Shown: positions 36,596-50,760, counted from the whole stretch's first letter. The stretch is DNA of 63,382 nucleotides, filler included, from Octopus bimaculoides (GCF_001194135.2; 4 parts of 4 records of this genome joined end to end with filler, not necessarily neighbours in it), one strand, 5' to 3'. A program made the numbers and translations. The notes: a model not told the origin generated them from the letters alone.

Positions 36596-37666
36596 NNNNN
36601 NNNNNNNNNNNNNNNNNNNNNNNNNNNNNNNNNNNNNNNNNNNNNNNNNNNNNNNNNNNNNNNNNNNNNNNNNNNNNNNNNNNNNNNNNNNNNNNNNNNN
36701 NNNNNNNNNNNNNNNNNNNNNNNNNNNNNNNNNNNNNNNNNNNNNNNNNNNNNNNNNNNNNNNNNNNNNNNNNNNNNNNNNNNNNNNNNNNNNNNNNNNN
36801 NNNNNNNNNNNNNNNNNNNNNNNNNNNNNNNNNNNNNNNNNNNNNNNNNNNNNNNNNNNNNNNNNNNNNNNNNNNNNNNNNNNNNNNNNNNNNNNNNNNN
36901 NNNNNNNNNNNNNNNNNNNNNNNNNNNNNNNNNNNNNNNNNNNNNNNNNNNNNNNNNNNNNNNNNNNNNNNNNNNNNNNNNNNNNNNNNNNNNNNNNNNN
37001 NNNNNNNNNNNNNNNNNNNNNNNNNNNNNNNNNNNNNNNNNNNNNNNNNNNNNNNNNNNNNNNNNNNNNNNNNNNNNNNNNNNNNNNNNNNNNNNNNNNN
37101 NNNNNNNNNNNNNNNNNNNNNNNNNNNNNNNNNNNNNNNNNNNNNNNNNNNNNNNNNNNNNNNNNNNNNNNNNNNNNNNNNNNNNNNNNNNNNNNNNNNN
37201 NNNNNNNNNNATATATTATTATAAAATCTGGTAATTAGTCATATATTAATTAATATCGATTAATTATCGGGAGGCCAGCACATCTAAAGAATCAAAGAGA
37301 TTCAGAAATATTATCTGCAATCTCAGGGGATTAAGGTACATTTTAAAAAATAACGTCGACCACTAATGTGGACAATTAATGCGCTAGAAATAGATCACAT
37401 CTTGTGTCTATTAAGACCTAAATTGTTCTCAACATGAAATATAGCAGCATACCAAAAACGTGAGCGGGCAAGACATTTAAAATCACCTAAAAAATCATTA
37501 TTAAACAGGAACTAGTTTCGGATTTAACAAATTCTTACCATTTGTCTATTCCATATATATATATGCACACACACAAGGAGAGGGGGAGAGAAAGGAAAAA
37601 GGGGACGGAGAGAGTATCATATCTGCATCAAATTACTTTTACAGAACTTATCAACTAATGTCCGTT

Positions 37667-37720
<54 letters not shown>

Positions 37721-38300
37721 TACATGTACATATATGTAAATAGATGTACATATATGTAAATAGATGTATATATATGCACGTAAATATATACATGCATACA
37801 TCTACACACATGTGTGTATGTCTGTGCATATATACATTTATGTGTGGGTATATGTATACAAATATGTTTGTGTGTGTGCATATATACCTAGTATACCTAG
37901 ATGCGCGCGCGCGCGTGTGTGTATGTGTATAATTTCGTCTGTGCATAGCGATACTAATAACCAGTAATTAAAACCCAATATGCATGCGAGTAAAGTATCA
38001 GGTGAAGAATACACAACGTGATATCACTTAATGAATGACAAAACAATACGAGTCGCATAAGTACAATCCTTAGCTTTCAGCTGTTTCTGCTAACTGAAAG
38101 AATGCACTGCGAGTTGAGCGCTCGTGCGACGTCTGACGTCTATTGCTTTTTGTCTTGTTTTTTATCGCACCGTTTATGCATGCGTATGTATTTTGTTCTC
38201 AATCATTAAAAAACTTTCATGTGGTCCGACGAGTCCGCGTCGGCGAATCCTCAAAGTCACAATTTCAGTCTAACACACGCATATATATAGATAGATAGAA

Positions 38301-38341
<41 letters not shown>

Positions 38342-38747
38342 AGAGAGAGAGAGAGAGGAAGAGAGAGAGCGAGAGAGAAAGAGAGAGAGAACGAGACATA
38401 CATATACACATACTCAAAGATTTATACACATACACGTCAAGATCTGCATAAATTCACAGTTCTAAACCGTTCACTCTTGATAATGGACCTTTGTGCCAGA
38501 AATATAAAGTTACTCAATTTATCTTTTCGCATTGTTGGAAGCTCTCATTTGTTATTTGTTATTTTACTTCTGTATCAAAATGCTTCAAGAAAGCTACAAT
38601 GCTCTTCTTCATATATATATATATATATATGCCCACATACGCACATACCTAACATATTTAAATATTCTTACATATATGTATGCAATAAAGTGAAAGTAAA
38701 TGGTTCAAGGGAAGCAACACTAATTGTGTACAAACCTATGAAGCAGC

Positions 38748-38994
38748 CGCTGACTTGCGTACTGGAAGATTGTCCCGATGCAGCAAGACCCATTTCGTCA
38801 GTTTTCCTGGGCGTTTGGTCTTGACAGCCTTTCGTAACTGCCTCAGCAAGTCTGCAGAGTGCTCTCTATTGACCATGTGGCCCTTTTGAAGATAATCAAT
38901 AAACACAGTGCCCTTTCCATCTCAAAAAAACTGAGGCCATCACTTTTCCTGCAAAGAAAACGACCATGGCCTTCTTTGGAGGGGTATTTCGACG
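38748..38994 (-). mobile_element. Mariner transposase catalytic-domain fragment
   Basis: Reverse complement with one frameshift: PPKKAMVVFFAGKVMASVF..., FIDYLQKGHMVNREHSADLLRQLRKAVKTKRPGKLTKWVLLHRDNLPVRKS. Abuts (ATT)n at 38997-39144. Confidence 0.85.
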
Positions 38995-39144
<150 letters not shown>

Positions 39145-40127
39145 NNNNNNNNNNNNNNNNNNNNNNNNNNNNNNNNNNNNNNNNNNNNNNNNNNNNNNNN
39201 NNNNNNNNNNNNNNNNNNNNNNNNNNNNNNNNNNNNNNNNNNNNNNNNNNNNNNNNNNNNNNNNNNNNNNNNNNNNNNNNNNNNNNNNNNNNNNNNNNNN
39301 NNNNNNNNNNNNNNNNNNNNNNNNNNNNNNNNNNNNNNNNNNNNNNNNNNNNNNNNNNNNNNNNNNNNNNNNNNNNNNNNNNNNNNNNNNNNNNNNNNNN
39401 NNNNNNNNNNNNNNNNNNNNNNNNNNNNNNNNNNNNNNNNNNNNNNNNNNNNNNNNNNNNNNNNNNNNNNNNNNNNNNNNNNNNNNNNNNNNNNNNNNNN
39501 NNNNNNNNNNNNNNNNNNNNNNNNNNNNNNNNNNNNNNNNNNNNNNNNNNNNNNNNNNNNNNNNNNNNNNNNNNNNNNNNNNNNNNNNNNNNNNNNNNNN
39601 NNNNNNNNNNNNNNNNNNNNNNNNNNNNNNNNNNNNNNNNNNNNNNNNNNNNNNNNNNNNNNNNNNNNNNNNNNNNNNNNNNNNNNNNNNNNNNNNNNNN
39701 NNNNNNNNNNNNNNNNNNNNNNNNNNNNNNNNNNNNNNNNNNNNNNNNNNNNNNNNNNNNNNNNNNNNNNNNNNNNNNNNNNNNNNNNNNNNNNNNNNNN
39801 NNNNNNNNNNNNNNNNNNNNNNNNNNNNNNNNNNNATATATATATAAATCGGGAGAGAAGTGTAAATGATTGATATTATCATTGCATTCGACAAATACCT
39901 TCAACCTCTGTGTCTTACTGCGTAGTCGGAGTGACAGCCGTGTCAATCGTAACGGATTTGGCAAATATCAGAAAAAGCGAGCCCTAAAAGTTCGTTAATT
40001 ATCGCTGTTAATTACTGCTGTTAATTATTGCATCCTGATTGTCATACCCGAGAAAAGTACCTATAATAAGCTCGATCTCATCGTCGCAGTGAACGAAGCT
40101 CAGTAACTACCCAAGCGAGTTGTGGAT

Positions 40128-40128
40128 G

Positions 40129-40218
<90 letters not shown>

Positions 40219-40229
40219 CAAATGGATAG

Positions 40230-40260
<31 letters not shown>

Positions 40261-40268
40261 AATAGATA
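40128..40268. repeat. (GATA)n microsatellite
   Basis: Direct reading; runs into a gap. Confidence 0.97.
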
Positions 40269-41109
40269 NNNNNNNNNNNNNNNNNNNNNNNNNNNNNNNN
40301 NNNNNNNNNNNNNNNNNNNNNNNNNNNNNNNNNNNNNNNNNNNNNNNNNNNNNNNNNNNNNNNNNNNNNNNNNNNNNNNNNNNNNNNNNNNNNNNNNNNN
40401 NNNNNNNNNNNNNNNNNNNNNNNNNNNNNNNNNNNNNNNNNNNNNNNNNNNNNNNNNNNNNNNNNNNNNNNNNNNNNNNNNNNNNNNNNNNNNNNNNNNN
40501 NNNNNNNNNNNNNNNNNNNNNNNNNNNNNNNNNNNNNNNNNNNNNNNNNNNNNNNNNNNNNNNNNNNNNNNNNNNNNNNNNNNNNNNNNNNNNNNNNNNN
40601 NNNNNNNNNNNNNNNNNNNNNNNNNNNNNNNNNNNNNNNNNNNNNNNNNNNNNNNNNNNNNNNNNNNNNNNNNNNNNNNNNNNNNNNNNNNNNNNNNNNN
40701 NNNNNNNNNNNNNNNNNNNNNNNNNNNNNNNNNNNNNNNNNNNNNNNNNNNNNNNNNNNNNNNNNNNNNNNNNNNNNNNNNNNNNNNNNNNNNNNNNNNN
40801 NNNNNNNNNNNNNNNNNNNNNNNNNNNNNNNNNNNNNNNNNNNNNNNNNNNNNNNNNNNNNNNNNNNNNNNGGAGGAGGAGGAGGAGTGGGTGTGAAACA
40901 AAACTACAGCTAAATTTCAACGTTGGCGGGAGGTCTTTTCTTCTTTCCTTCATCTTCCCTCACACAGTGACCTCACGACAACAATAATGATGATAATTTT
41001 GATGTGATGACGACGACGACGACGACGATGACGACGATGACGATTGTAATGATGACGACACACGTGGTGGTCCTAGTTATGGTAGCTGTGAACATTACTG
41101 ACGGTGCAA

Positions 41110-42345
41110 TTCTTATCTATTTAACTATCTCTGTGGCACATTTGTGAATCCTTTTCAGAGTTACCAGTATCCCTTTCAAATCCTTGTCATCTTGTGCATA
41201 GAATTTCAGATCATTCATGCAGAACAAATCTGAGATGATCTTATCAAACGCTCTGCACCCGTAACTTCTTCTATTCAATTCGTAGGTCAGGGGAATGAGG
41301 GACAGACAGAAGAGAAGAAGGCAGAATGAATTGACCTGGAATATTCTATGATTTATTTTGATATTCTCGAACACTTTCAAACTTTACTCGCGGTTGAGAA
41401 ACAATTTTGTGTTCCACATTCCCATTCTATGTTGCAGGAGACAAGACTTTTTTAAGAAAGGCGAGTTCTCATATTTGATGTTGGATGTTATGCTGAACAC
41501 TGTCAGACATCTTACGACAGTCAATCAACGATGTGCCAAGATTTCGTTTATTCGTTGAGCAATTTTTGAGTATCGTACGGCTTATTAACTGTTAGACGTA
41601 TGGGTTTCTTCTGAACTCTTTCTTTTTTTTTCAAGAGGAAGGATGTTGTTTTGATCGAGAAATTGGACGTCCTTTCGGTGAGGATGGATGTAAGTGTTTC
41701 GTACATAGTTGTTAAACAAGTGATCGGCGTCGCCAATGTCATCATCATCGTCATCATCCTCATCATCATCCCTAATACAAGTTTCGTATCTTTTGGGAGT
41801 TTCTGCTGATATCAGAGAAACATACCATTAACTGATGGTGTGATGGCGAGACGTTATGAAGCCAGAAGTTCTTCGATCTCAGCCATTCTTTCTTCTTCTC
41901 TCCCTCCCCATTCAGTTTCCTCGATAAATTCCTTTCTATCGATCCATATGCTTTTCCAAAATGTTCCTAGTTCTTTCATATCAGGTGGGTCTTTTACTTC
42001 GATCAACTGTTTCCCAAAATCTCTAGAATTTCTTAGCATCAGTTTAAAATACATTATTCTTTCTGTAAAATTTATTTCTCTTTTTATATCTGCCTAAGCG
42101 TTGAGTCTTAACCTGAACTTTTTGCTTAATCATCTCTTTTACTCTCAAGACTTCATTCACGTTTATTACAATGTAGTTTCGCTTCATCTTTCCAGCCATT
42201 CTCGTCTTTACATTGTTTACCTTGGAGAGTTCGCCTAAGATCGATAACTCCCATCGGAAGCTCTCAATTTCTTGCTTTATGATCTCTTTCTACATTGACT
42301 GTTCGTGTGCTTTTTAAGGGATTCCTTTCCTTTATTTTAACGCCA
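41110..42345 (-). mobile_element. Old R4/Dong-clade LINE remnant (N-terminal to RT region), heavily mutated
   Basis: Reverse-strand pieces PPDMKELGTFWKSIW, PITCLTTMYETLTSILTERT, NLGTSLIDCRKMSDSVQH (cf. AWIDYRKAFDSVPH), INHRIFQVNSFCLLLFCLSLIPL, ISDLFCMNDLKFYAQDDKDL. Confidence 0.82.
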
Positions 42346-42751
42346 ATTTTCTTTGTGGCAGTAATAAATGTTGAGCATATTTAAGATGTCTTAATGAAGT
42401 TAAATCTGCTTCAGTTTCTTTTTATTATTATCATTGTTATTGTTGTTGTTGTTGTTGTCATTATATTCACTCTGTGCGTCCATTTCTCTCTTCCCCTCCT
42501 TTTCTCTCTTTCTCTCGCTTTTCTCTCTCCCTTTCCTCCCCCCCCTACCATAATATACCTCCAGCATGAGGAAAATAGGGTAATCTTTAGCAGATGGTGA
42601 CATTTAACTTATTTCTTTAATTGAAATTTGTTAGGTTTCTTTTGNNNNNNNNNNTATATATATATATATATATATGGTTATGTGATATCCTTTGGCGTGT
42701 TTAATTACAAGTTCGTTACTTGCAAATATTTCTCCTGTATCATTTTCTTCA

Positions 42752-42790
<39 letters not shown>

Positions 42791-43169
42791 CTCTAATTCT
42801 CTCTAGCTACCTCTGCGCATACGTGTGTGTATATGTATATATGTATCTATAAATATATATAAATTATGTATAAATAAATGAATGCATGTATAAATAAATA
42901 AATAAATAAATAAATAATACATATACATATATATATATATATATATCGTTTCAATTCAACCATTTAACTAATTATCATATTCATAATTGACCGCTCTCTG
43001 CCCCTCATTTTGTTAAAACCAGACGTCATTTTGTTTTCGTCTTTTTGTCTTCTTTTCTGCCTTCTCCTTCACCTTTTTCTTTTGCCCATGTTAAAACAAA
43101 GTACCAGTTATATTGTAGGTTCTTTTTTATTCATTCTACAATTCACCATAAAATACATGGTCATGTACC

Positions 43170-43390
43170 TATGTTAGAAATCAAATTATTCCAGGTAGAA
43201 TTTTCGGATAAGCAAAATTTGCAGAGCATCGGATAGAATACCTTGTGGTACTGAGTTATAGCTCTTTGCGTTCTGTATTGAAATCCCGCCGAGGTCAACT
43301 TCGCCTTTCTCTAACCCAGGTTTCTTATTCGTAAATAACAGTTATGTACTAAGGTCAAGTTGATCAACTGTTCACTCGTCACGAAATGTG
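43170..43390 (+). mobile_element. SINE family A, degenerate
   Basis: ctttgcgttctgtattgaaatcccgccgaggtcaacttcgcctttc. Confidence 0.65.
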
Positions 43391-43519
43391 TTCTTTTGAG
43401 AAAGATGATGATGGTGGTGATGAGGATGATGATGATGATGATGATGATGGTGATGGTGATGGTGATAATGATGGCGATGATGATGGCGATGATGATGTGG
43501 TGTCATTAATGCCTCTTCG

Positions 43520-43715
43520 ATGACGTGATTGGATTGTTTACACCCCAGTTACAAAGCAGTTCCGTTATAAGTAGCCGATAGAACAAGTACCGCGATTAAA
43601 AAGAAGTACTGGGGTGACTCTACTCGACTGAAACCAGCCTTCAAGCATGGCCGCTCCAGCATAGCCGCTCCACTCCAGCATGGCCGCAGTCCATGGCTAA
43701 AACAGGTAAAACAAT
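43520..43715 (+). mobile_element. SINE family B 3' half with internally triplicated tail motif
   Basis: gccgatagaacaagtacc...gtactggggtgactctactcgact; catggccgctccagcatagccgctccactccagcatggccgcagtcc. Confidence 0.72.
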
Positions 43716-44255
43716 TTTACAAACAACCACAAGCGTCAATTATCCTAACCACTCATCCAAACTGTCAGTTTCGTCATTTTTCTTCCAAGTAAATCCTGGT
43801 GACGTAATTTAATACTGCGTATAAAGTATTATGATTGCATATCCGGGTGCAGATAAGTCAGCACTGACCCAAGCAAAGCTGGTTTTAGGCTGTAAACTGC
43901 GATATAAATGAACACGATGTATTCAAAGGAAAGAGAAATTGAAAGTGCTTAAGATCTATCACTGAGTAAATAGGTTTGATGCGCGCATGAGAGAGAGGAG
44001 GAGGAAAGTGAGAAAGAGGGAGAGAGAGAGAGAGAGATGTACGGTATGAGATGGGGGTGAGTAAGAAAGAGGAAATGACCAGGTGAAAAGGAGATTAGTA
44101 TGAGGCTATAACAAGTCTCAACGTGCATTCACGCGCGAGTTTATTCAAATTAATGAAAGAACTTTTACCAACGCAAACACCAACATACTTTCCTTGGACA
44201 CTGGTTTTTATTTGCTTGCTTACACCACAGTGAATTTGCAACCAGGAGTATATGT

Positions 44256-44296
<41 letters not shown>

Positions 44297-44464
44297 TACG
44301 ACGAGCTTCTTTCAGTTTCCGTCTACCAAATCCACTCACAAGGCTTTGGTCGACCCGAGGCTATAGTAGAAGACACTTGCTCAAGGTGCCACGCAGTGGG
44401 ACTGAACCCGGAACCATGTGGTTGGTAAGCAAGCTTCTTACCACACAGCCACGCCTGCGCCTAT
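44297..44464 (-). mobile_element. SINE family B 5' half, young and near-consensus, ending in (CA)n
   Basis: acgacgagcttctttcagtttccgtctaccaaatccactcacaaggctttggtcgacccgaggctatagtagaagacacttgctcaaggtgccacgcagtgggactgaacccggaaccatgtggttggtaagcaagcttcttaccacacagccacgcctgcgcctat. Confidence 0.95.
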
Positions 44465-44519
44465 GGTTGTAGTGCTGCCGATTCTGCCAGCTCGCCACTT
44501 TGTATTATCTCTCAATATT

Positions 44520-44718
44520 AGTTTTACATTTGGCACCAGGCCAGCAATGTTGGGGAAGTAGGTAAGTCGATTACGTCGACCCCAGGATTCAACTGGTTCT
44601 TATTTCATCAACCCCGAAAGGTTGACAGGTGGAATTTCAACTCAGAATGTAAAGACGGATGAAATGCCGCTAAGCATTTTATCCGGCGTACTAATGACTC
44701 TGCTAGCTCGCCGCCTTA
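44520..44718 (-). mobile_element. SINE family A
   Basis: ttggcaccaggccagca tail to ...gctagctcgccgcctt head. An extra head fragment lies at ~44475-44500. Confidence 0.88.
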
Positions 44719-45112
44719 CTGACAACGCAATAATGTTACACAGAGTCTTGCCAATATACTAACACTACAAAACACTACTCACACACATATACATACACAT
44801 GCACACACACACAATGCATAGAGTATATTCATTACAATAAAAATTACGAAACTAAAACAAAATACTTCACATAGCCAAGTCACACAGAAAGAGACGCACT
44901 AAGGTGCGGTGTGAAAGTACGAAATAAAAATAAGACAATTCAAAATAGAATATAATAATTCTTGTCCTTTTTTTTTTTATTTGCCACCAACGTCCAAGTA
45001 ATAAAACACCTACGGACGTGTTTTGTTGCAGGAGCGTTTAATGTGGAGGTTAATTATAGCCTTTCCTTAGATTCTTCCCAATGTGAGGAAGGTTACGTGT
45101 GGAGACGATGAC

Positions 45113-45212
45113 NNNNNNNNNNNNNNNNNNNNNNNNNNNNNNNNNNNNNNNNNNNNTTAATTAATTAANNNNNNNNNNNNNNNNNNNNNNNNNNNNNNNN
45201 NNNNNNNNNNNN
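45113..45212. other. Artificial 100-bp scaffold spacer N44-TTAATTAATTAA-N44
   Basis: 12-mer at 45157-45168. Confidence 0.95.
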
Positions 45213-45634
45213 ATACATGCATTCATACATTCATACATATATGCACTCGCACGCACTCCCAGACACATTTATATATACATATATATATAGCTATATACAT
45301 GCACTCATACACACACTCTCTATTTATCACACTCACACAAAGTCAAATATTTTAACCTAATTATTATTCCCACCGTACCTATTTGCTTCTCTTGTCGGTA
45401 TTTTGCCGCCATAACAAACTTCTTCCGCCATTTTGGAAAGGCATTTTTTTTATTTTGCGTTCGGTTGCTGTCATTTTTGTAAGTCTTTGTTTTATCTGCT
45501 GCAACCACAAACTGCACTTGCATCTGCACTGCGCTGTGCTGTTGATGTATTCTCGCTGTTTCTCTTGTCATTGTGAATGTTCTTTATATATTTTGAGAGA
45601 GCTTACATATATATATATATATAGATATATATAG

Positions 45635-45665
<31 letters not shown>

Positions 45666-46073
45666 TTTATATATATATATATCTATATATATATATATAC
45701 ATACATATATATTTATATATATATACATGCATATATATATATATNNNNNNNNNNNNNNNNNNNNNNNNNNNNNNNNNNNNNNNNNNNNNNNNNNNNNNNN
45801 NNNNNNNNNNCATATGTATAACTACATATGCGCTGCACATGTAAACATATCTATATATATGTGCATATATATATATATACACATATATATAGACTTAAGT
45901 ATGAATATATATATACACGTGTACATATATATATATGTGTATATATGCATGTATATATGTATGTGTGTGTGTGTATGTATGTATGTATATGTTTATATAT
46001 ATATGTGTGTGTGTGTATGTATATGCGTATATTTGCCCTGCACTGCATGTTTTAATGGTGTTGTTGTTGTTGT

Positions 46074-46120
<47 letters not shown>

Positions 46121-47240
46121 TGTTGTGGTGATTTTTGTTCTTACTTAACGGACTGCTGCTGCTGCAGCTGATGATGATGATTATGATGATGCTGATGATG
46201 AGGATGATGATGGCTTATATTGACTATTGTTGATTTTGTTATTGTTAGTGGTGGTGGTGGTGGTGGTGGTGGTGGCAGCGCTGATGGTGATGGTGTTGGT
46301 AATCGCAATGGTGATGGTGGTGGTGGTGGTGGTAACTGTTTTTGTGGCTTTTTACTAACTAATGAACAATACGAAATTATATGAATATAAATGTATGCAC
46401 ACGCACACGCACACACACAAACACACACACACACATGTTTGCGTGTGGTGGGGGTAATTTAAACAAAATTTACCTAATGGAAATAACTCAAAGTAGACCA
46501 AAGCATGAAGATAGTGGTGGACAATTATAATCTTCACTTCGAGAAAAAAACGTAAACAAATTCCTCTTAGCAATTTCGACCATCACCAAATAAGAAGCTA
46601 GGACTAATGCTGTGCTGAAGACGTTTATCGAGTCATGAACGCATCTTTACAGCTGTCCCCTTGTCTCTAGACAAGAGGACTGGAATTTTCTGTATTTTCT
46701 TGTCAGTTTCGAAGAATTTCTCCTTTTTATTATCTTTCTTTCCTATTTACACGCAGCCGCTAATGCCGCGAGTCATTACATTATTTTTCTGTGGAATGTA
46801 AATGTAATTTTAGTAAATCAAGAATTTGTCATGTATGTTCTTTAATATTACTGTATTCGTCGTTTATTGTGTGTTTGTGCAAGCGCATGTGTGTGTGTGC
46901 ATATAGATAGATAGATAGATAGATAGATAGGTAGGTAGGTAGGTAGGTAGGTAGATAGATAGATAGACAGACTGACGGATAGATAGATAGATAGATAGAA
47001 TCATTCATACATACATACATACATACATACATACATAGATGTCGTACAGAGGGAGAGAGAGAGAGATGGACAGATAGATAGATAGATCAAATATTGTTAA
47101 TTTATTTTTATTTTCAATGTGAACACACTAAAATCACCTAAAAGGTGAACACGGTCTCTTTCTCCCTTCTTTCCCCCTCTCTCTCTCTCCCTCTTTCCCT
47201 CTCTCTCCCCCTCTATCTCCCTCACTCTCTATCTCTCTCC

Positions 47241-47282
<42 letters not shown>

Positions 47283-47861
47283 TCTCTCTCTCTCTCTATC
47301 ACTAAAGGACTGATGTTTCATACAAAAAAAAAACAACCTTGCCAATTATTATTAAATTTATCTAATTTTATAATAGTCGCCCGGTATCTCTGAATATTTT
47401 CATCGATGTTCGTGAGCAGAGGAAAAGTAAGGCGAGACTTTGTGCTTAAGCGTGATCAGTTTCTTAAGCAAGTTTCTTTATTTATTATTTAACTTTTTAA
47501 ATTTTATTTAATTAATTTTAAATTGAACAATTAAATAATCACACTCTAAAATTACAAACTACATNNNNNNNNNNNNNNNNNNNNNNNNNNNNNNNNNNNN
47601 NNNNNNNNNNNNNNNNNNNNNNNNNNNNNNNNNNNNNNNNNNNNNNNNNNNNNNNNNNNNNNNNNNNNNNNNNNNNNNNNNNNNNNNNNNNNNNNNNNNN
47701 NNNNNNNNNNNNNNNNNNNNNNNNNNNNNNNNNNNNNNNNNNNNNNNNNNNNNNNNNNNNNNNNNNNNNNNNNNNNNNNNNNNNNNNNNNNNNNNNNNNN
47801 NNNNNNNNNNNNNNNNNNNNNNNNNNNNNNNNNNNNNNNNNNNNNNNNNNNNNNNNNNNNN

Positions 47862-48110
47862 TATATATATATATATCTATATATATATATATCTATATAT
47901 ATATATGTATATCTATATATATGTATATCTATATATATATATGTATATCTATATATATATATATTTATGTATATATATATATATCTATATATATATATTT
48001 ATGTATATATATATATATCTATATATATATATTTATGTATATATCTATATATATATATTTATGTATATATATATACACATATATTTATGTATATATATAT
48101 ATACACATAT
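47862..48110. repeat. (TA)n with quasi-periodic TTTATG/TC interruptions (higher-order microsatellite)
   Basis: Recurring tatatatatatttatgtatatatatatatatc-like units. Confidence 0.9.
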
Positions 48111-48259
48111 ACAATCTTCAAAAATGTTAATTCACAATGCCCTGATAGATATTTACTCATCCTTCTCTTGTCATTTTCTGGAACTATCCATTGACTATCC
48201 TTAGAGATAATCTATCAATGACCTCATCATCATCATCATCAGTAACAGTAGTAGTAGTG

Positions 48260-48311
<52 letters not shown>

Positions 48312-48358
48312 CGGTGGTGGTGGTGGTGGTGGTGGTGGTTTTGGTGGTAGTGGTGGTG

Positions 48359-48393
<35 letters not shown>

Positions 48394-48399
48394 GTTAGT

Positions 48400-48868
48400 A
48401 AGGAGTCGAAATCGACTGGGTTGTTTGCATGCCGATCAAAATGCTTAGCAATCTTTCGTCCGTCTTTACGTTCTGAGTTCAAATACCACCGAGGCTGACT
48501 TTGTCATTCATCCTTTCGGGGTCGATAGAATAAGTGCCAGTTGAGTACTGGAGTCGATGTAATCAAATTAAGCCCTTCCCCTAAATTTCAAGCCTTGTGC
48601 CTATAGACGGCATCATCATCATCATCATCATTAGCAGCAGCAGCAGTAGTAGTAGTAGTTCAGAAGTGAGCTGGCTGAATCGTTAGCACGCCCGTCGAAA
48701 CGCTTAACGACATTTCGTCCGTCTTTACGTTCTGAGTTCAAATCGCGCTGAGGATGACTTTGCCTTTCATGCTATCGAGGTCGATAAAATAAACACCGGA
48801 AGAGCATTGGGATCGATTTAATCGACTTAGCCTTCCTGCTAAATTTCAAGCCTTGTGCCTATAGTAGA

Positions 48869-48872
<4 letters not shown>
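48400..48872 (+). mobile_element. Two SINE family A copies (~48400-48610, 48662-48872), the second with an (ATT)n tail
   Basis: cgttctgagttcaaat in both; tails ttcaagccttgtgcctatag; embedded in (GTA)n/(GGT)n/(ATT)n. Confidence 0.9.
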
Positions 48873-48922
<50 letters not shown>

Positions 48923-49192
48923 GAAATTAACGTTGCTATTCGGTGATGAAGAACTCTCAACTCCTGTGTTAAGGTGATAAATTTGTATTTTATTTGTGTC
49001 TATCGTCATTATAAATTCACTGGGATTTGTAATAATAGGTTTGCTTTAAAGCCTTAACATTTAAAGGATAATGAACAAAGCAAGAGGCTTTCCTTCACAA
49101 CCCTCCTACTAAGTTAGTGATCGGTCAAAATTTATTCTAAATTAAAAAGAGAAAAGGAACATACATACATACATACATACATACATACATCC

Positions 49193-49455
49193 ATACAAGC
49201 CATCGATGGAACTTTCCAGAAGTTTGTCATTTAAGTATATATGATCATGTCTAGACATGCAGCTATATGCATCAGAATACATACATAAAGCAAAATATAC
49301 AAATCTGCACATATACATACAAGCCATCACTGGAACTATAAAAATCTGTAAAACTTTCCAGAAGTTTATCATTTTAGTCAATATGAGACATGTCTATCAT
49401 GTAGCTATGTGCATCAGAATACGTACATAAAACAAAACATACAAACTTGCGCGTA
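49193..49455 (+). repeat. Diverged tandem duplication (~125-140-bp unit, 2 copies)
   Basis: catacaagccatc..ggaact...ttccagaagttt.tcatt...catgtcta..catg.agctat.tgcatcagaatac.tacataaa occurs twice. Confidence 0.85.
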
Positions 49456-49507
49456 CCCTGACTCCAAATACTGCACACATACACTCACATGCAAAAATAC
49501 CCTGGGT

Positions 49508-49603
49508 GATGTTGTTGAGATTCCAATAAAGGAGGTTTGGATTTAAGTTAGAAACCAATTCTTTCTTTATTGGTAAGAAATCTTGAAATAAAACTGAATG
49601 ATG

Positions 49604-49688
<85 letters not shown>

Positions 49689-49890
49689 NNNNNNNNNNGA
49701 AACCAATTCTTTCTTTATTGGTAAGAAATCTTGAAATAAAACTGAATGATGACATACACACACACACACACAAAAAAAAAATACCTTATTGTTGGTGTTG
49801 AAATTCCAGTGAAGGAGCCTTGGGTCTAGGTGAGAAACCAGCTCTTTCTCTGTTGGCAAGAAATCTTGAAAGAAAACTGAACAATGGCAT
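49508..49890 (+). repeat. Tandem copies of a retroelement-like 3' end (gaaaccaattctttctttattggtaagaaatcttgaaataaaactgaatgatgacata) with (CA)n tails
   Basis: Three copies. The two around the 10-N gap are identical (likely artefact); the third at ~49790-49890 is diverged. Confidence 0.7.
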
Positions 49891-50254
49891 ACATTCATAC
49901 ATATATGCTTGCATAAAACGGGACAGAGAAGCCCTTAAGCCCACCAGATATAACTGCACCTGTCAATTACATCGGTCATTCGTGGAGGTCATAACATGTG
50001 TAAACAGCAGCTACCCACAAGATGTAATCGAAACATTACCTCCTACTGTGCTATGATGCTGCAAAAACAATATACAATGCAGAAAAGCCTGCCATAGGAT
50101 AAATACAAGCAACAAATCTACTATCGAATGCATGTACATATCAACAGAAAGAATATTGGTGAAACATTCCCATTAGAACTTTCTACGACGTACAAACATG
50201 ACAGACATGACATAGTTATTCGGAATAGAAAAGAATAATCACATATAGTTTTAA

Positions 50255-50474
50255 CTGTTTAACATTCAGATTATTCTGTTAAAAGTAGTGCCCATTTATT
50301 CGCGTTGTTTTGAATTAATCGTGCATTACCTTGTAGTTTCAATATTCTAATGACGAGGTAGTTTATTTTTAGAATGACATTGTAGGGTAGGTGTGAGGGG
50401 TGAAATTTGGCTAGTTTGAACATAAAGCAGGTTGAATATTTTAGCCAGATATAGCGGGTTTTAATGCTAAAGGG
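50255..50474. mobile_element. piggyBac-like MITE (~220 bp)
   Basis: Left TTAA+ctgtttaacatt; right aatgctaaaggg+TTCA (reverse complement ccctttagcatt). CCC-type terminus with a TTAA-like target. Confidence 0.55.
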
Positions 50475-50542
50475 TTCAAGGTAGGCTGTCCTGCAGATTT
50501 GAATATCTCTTCCAAAATCAGCGAGAAAGAGATTAGAGAATA

Positions 50543-50760
50543 TTCTTTTCTACTCAGAGCACGCAAGCCCCGAAATTTTAGAGGAGGAGTCCAGTCGATT
50601 AGATCGACCCCAGTACGCAAATGGTACTTAATTTATCAACCACAAAAGGATGGAATGCAAAGTCGATCTCGGCGGAATTTGGACTCAGAACGTAACGGCA
50701 GACGAAATACCGCTAAGCATTTCGTCCAGCGTGCTAACGTTTCTGCCAGCTCGCCGCCTT
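50543..50760 (-). mobile_element. SINE family A, full length
   Basis: ...atttcgtccagcgtgctaacgtttctgccagctcgccgcctt head; gcggaatttggactcagaacg B-box region. Confidence 0.92.

Noticed and set aside
38050-38260. Short hairpins (ctttcag..ctgaaag; ccgacg..cgtcgg) as possible miRNA precursors
   Set aside because: Stems of only 6-7 bp are far too short for a pre-miRNA and expected by chance.
49549-49760. Perfect ~60-bp direct repeat each followed by (CA)n
   Set aside because: The two copies are identical and straddle a 10-N gap, typical of unmerged contig overlap and likely a false duplication.
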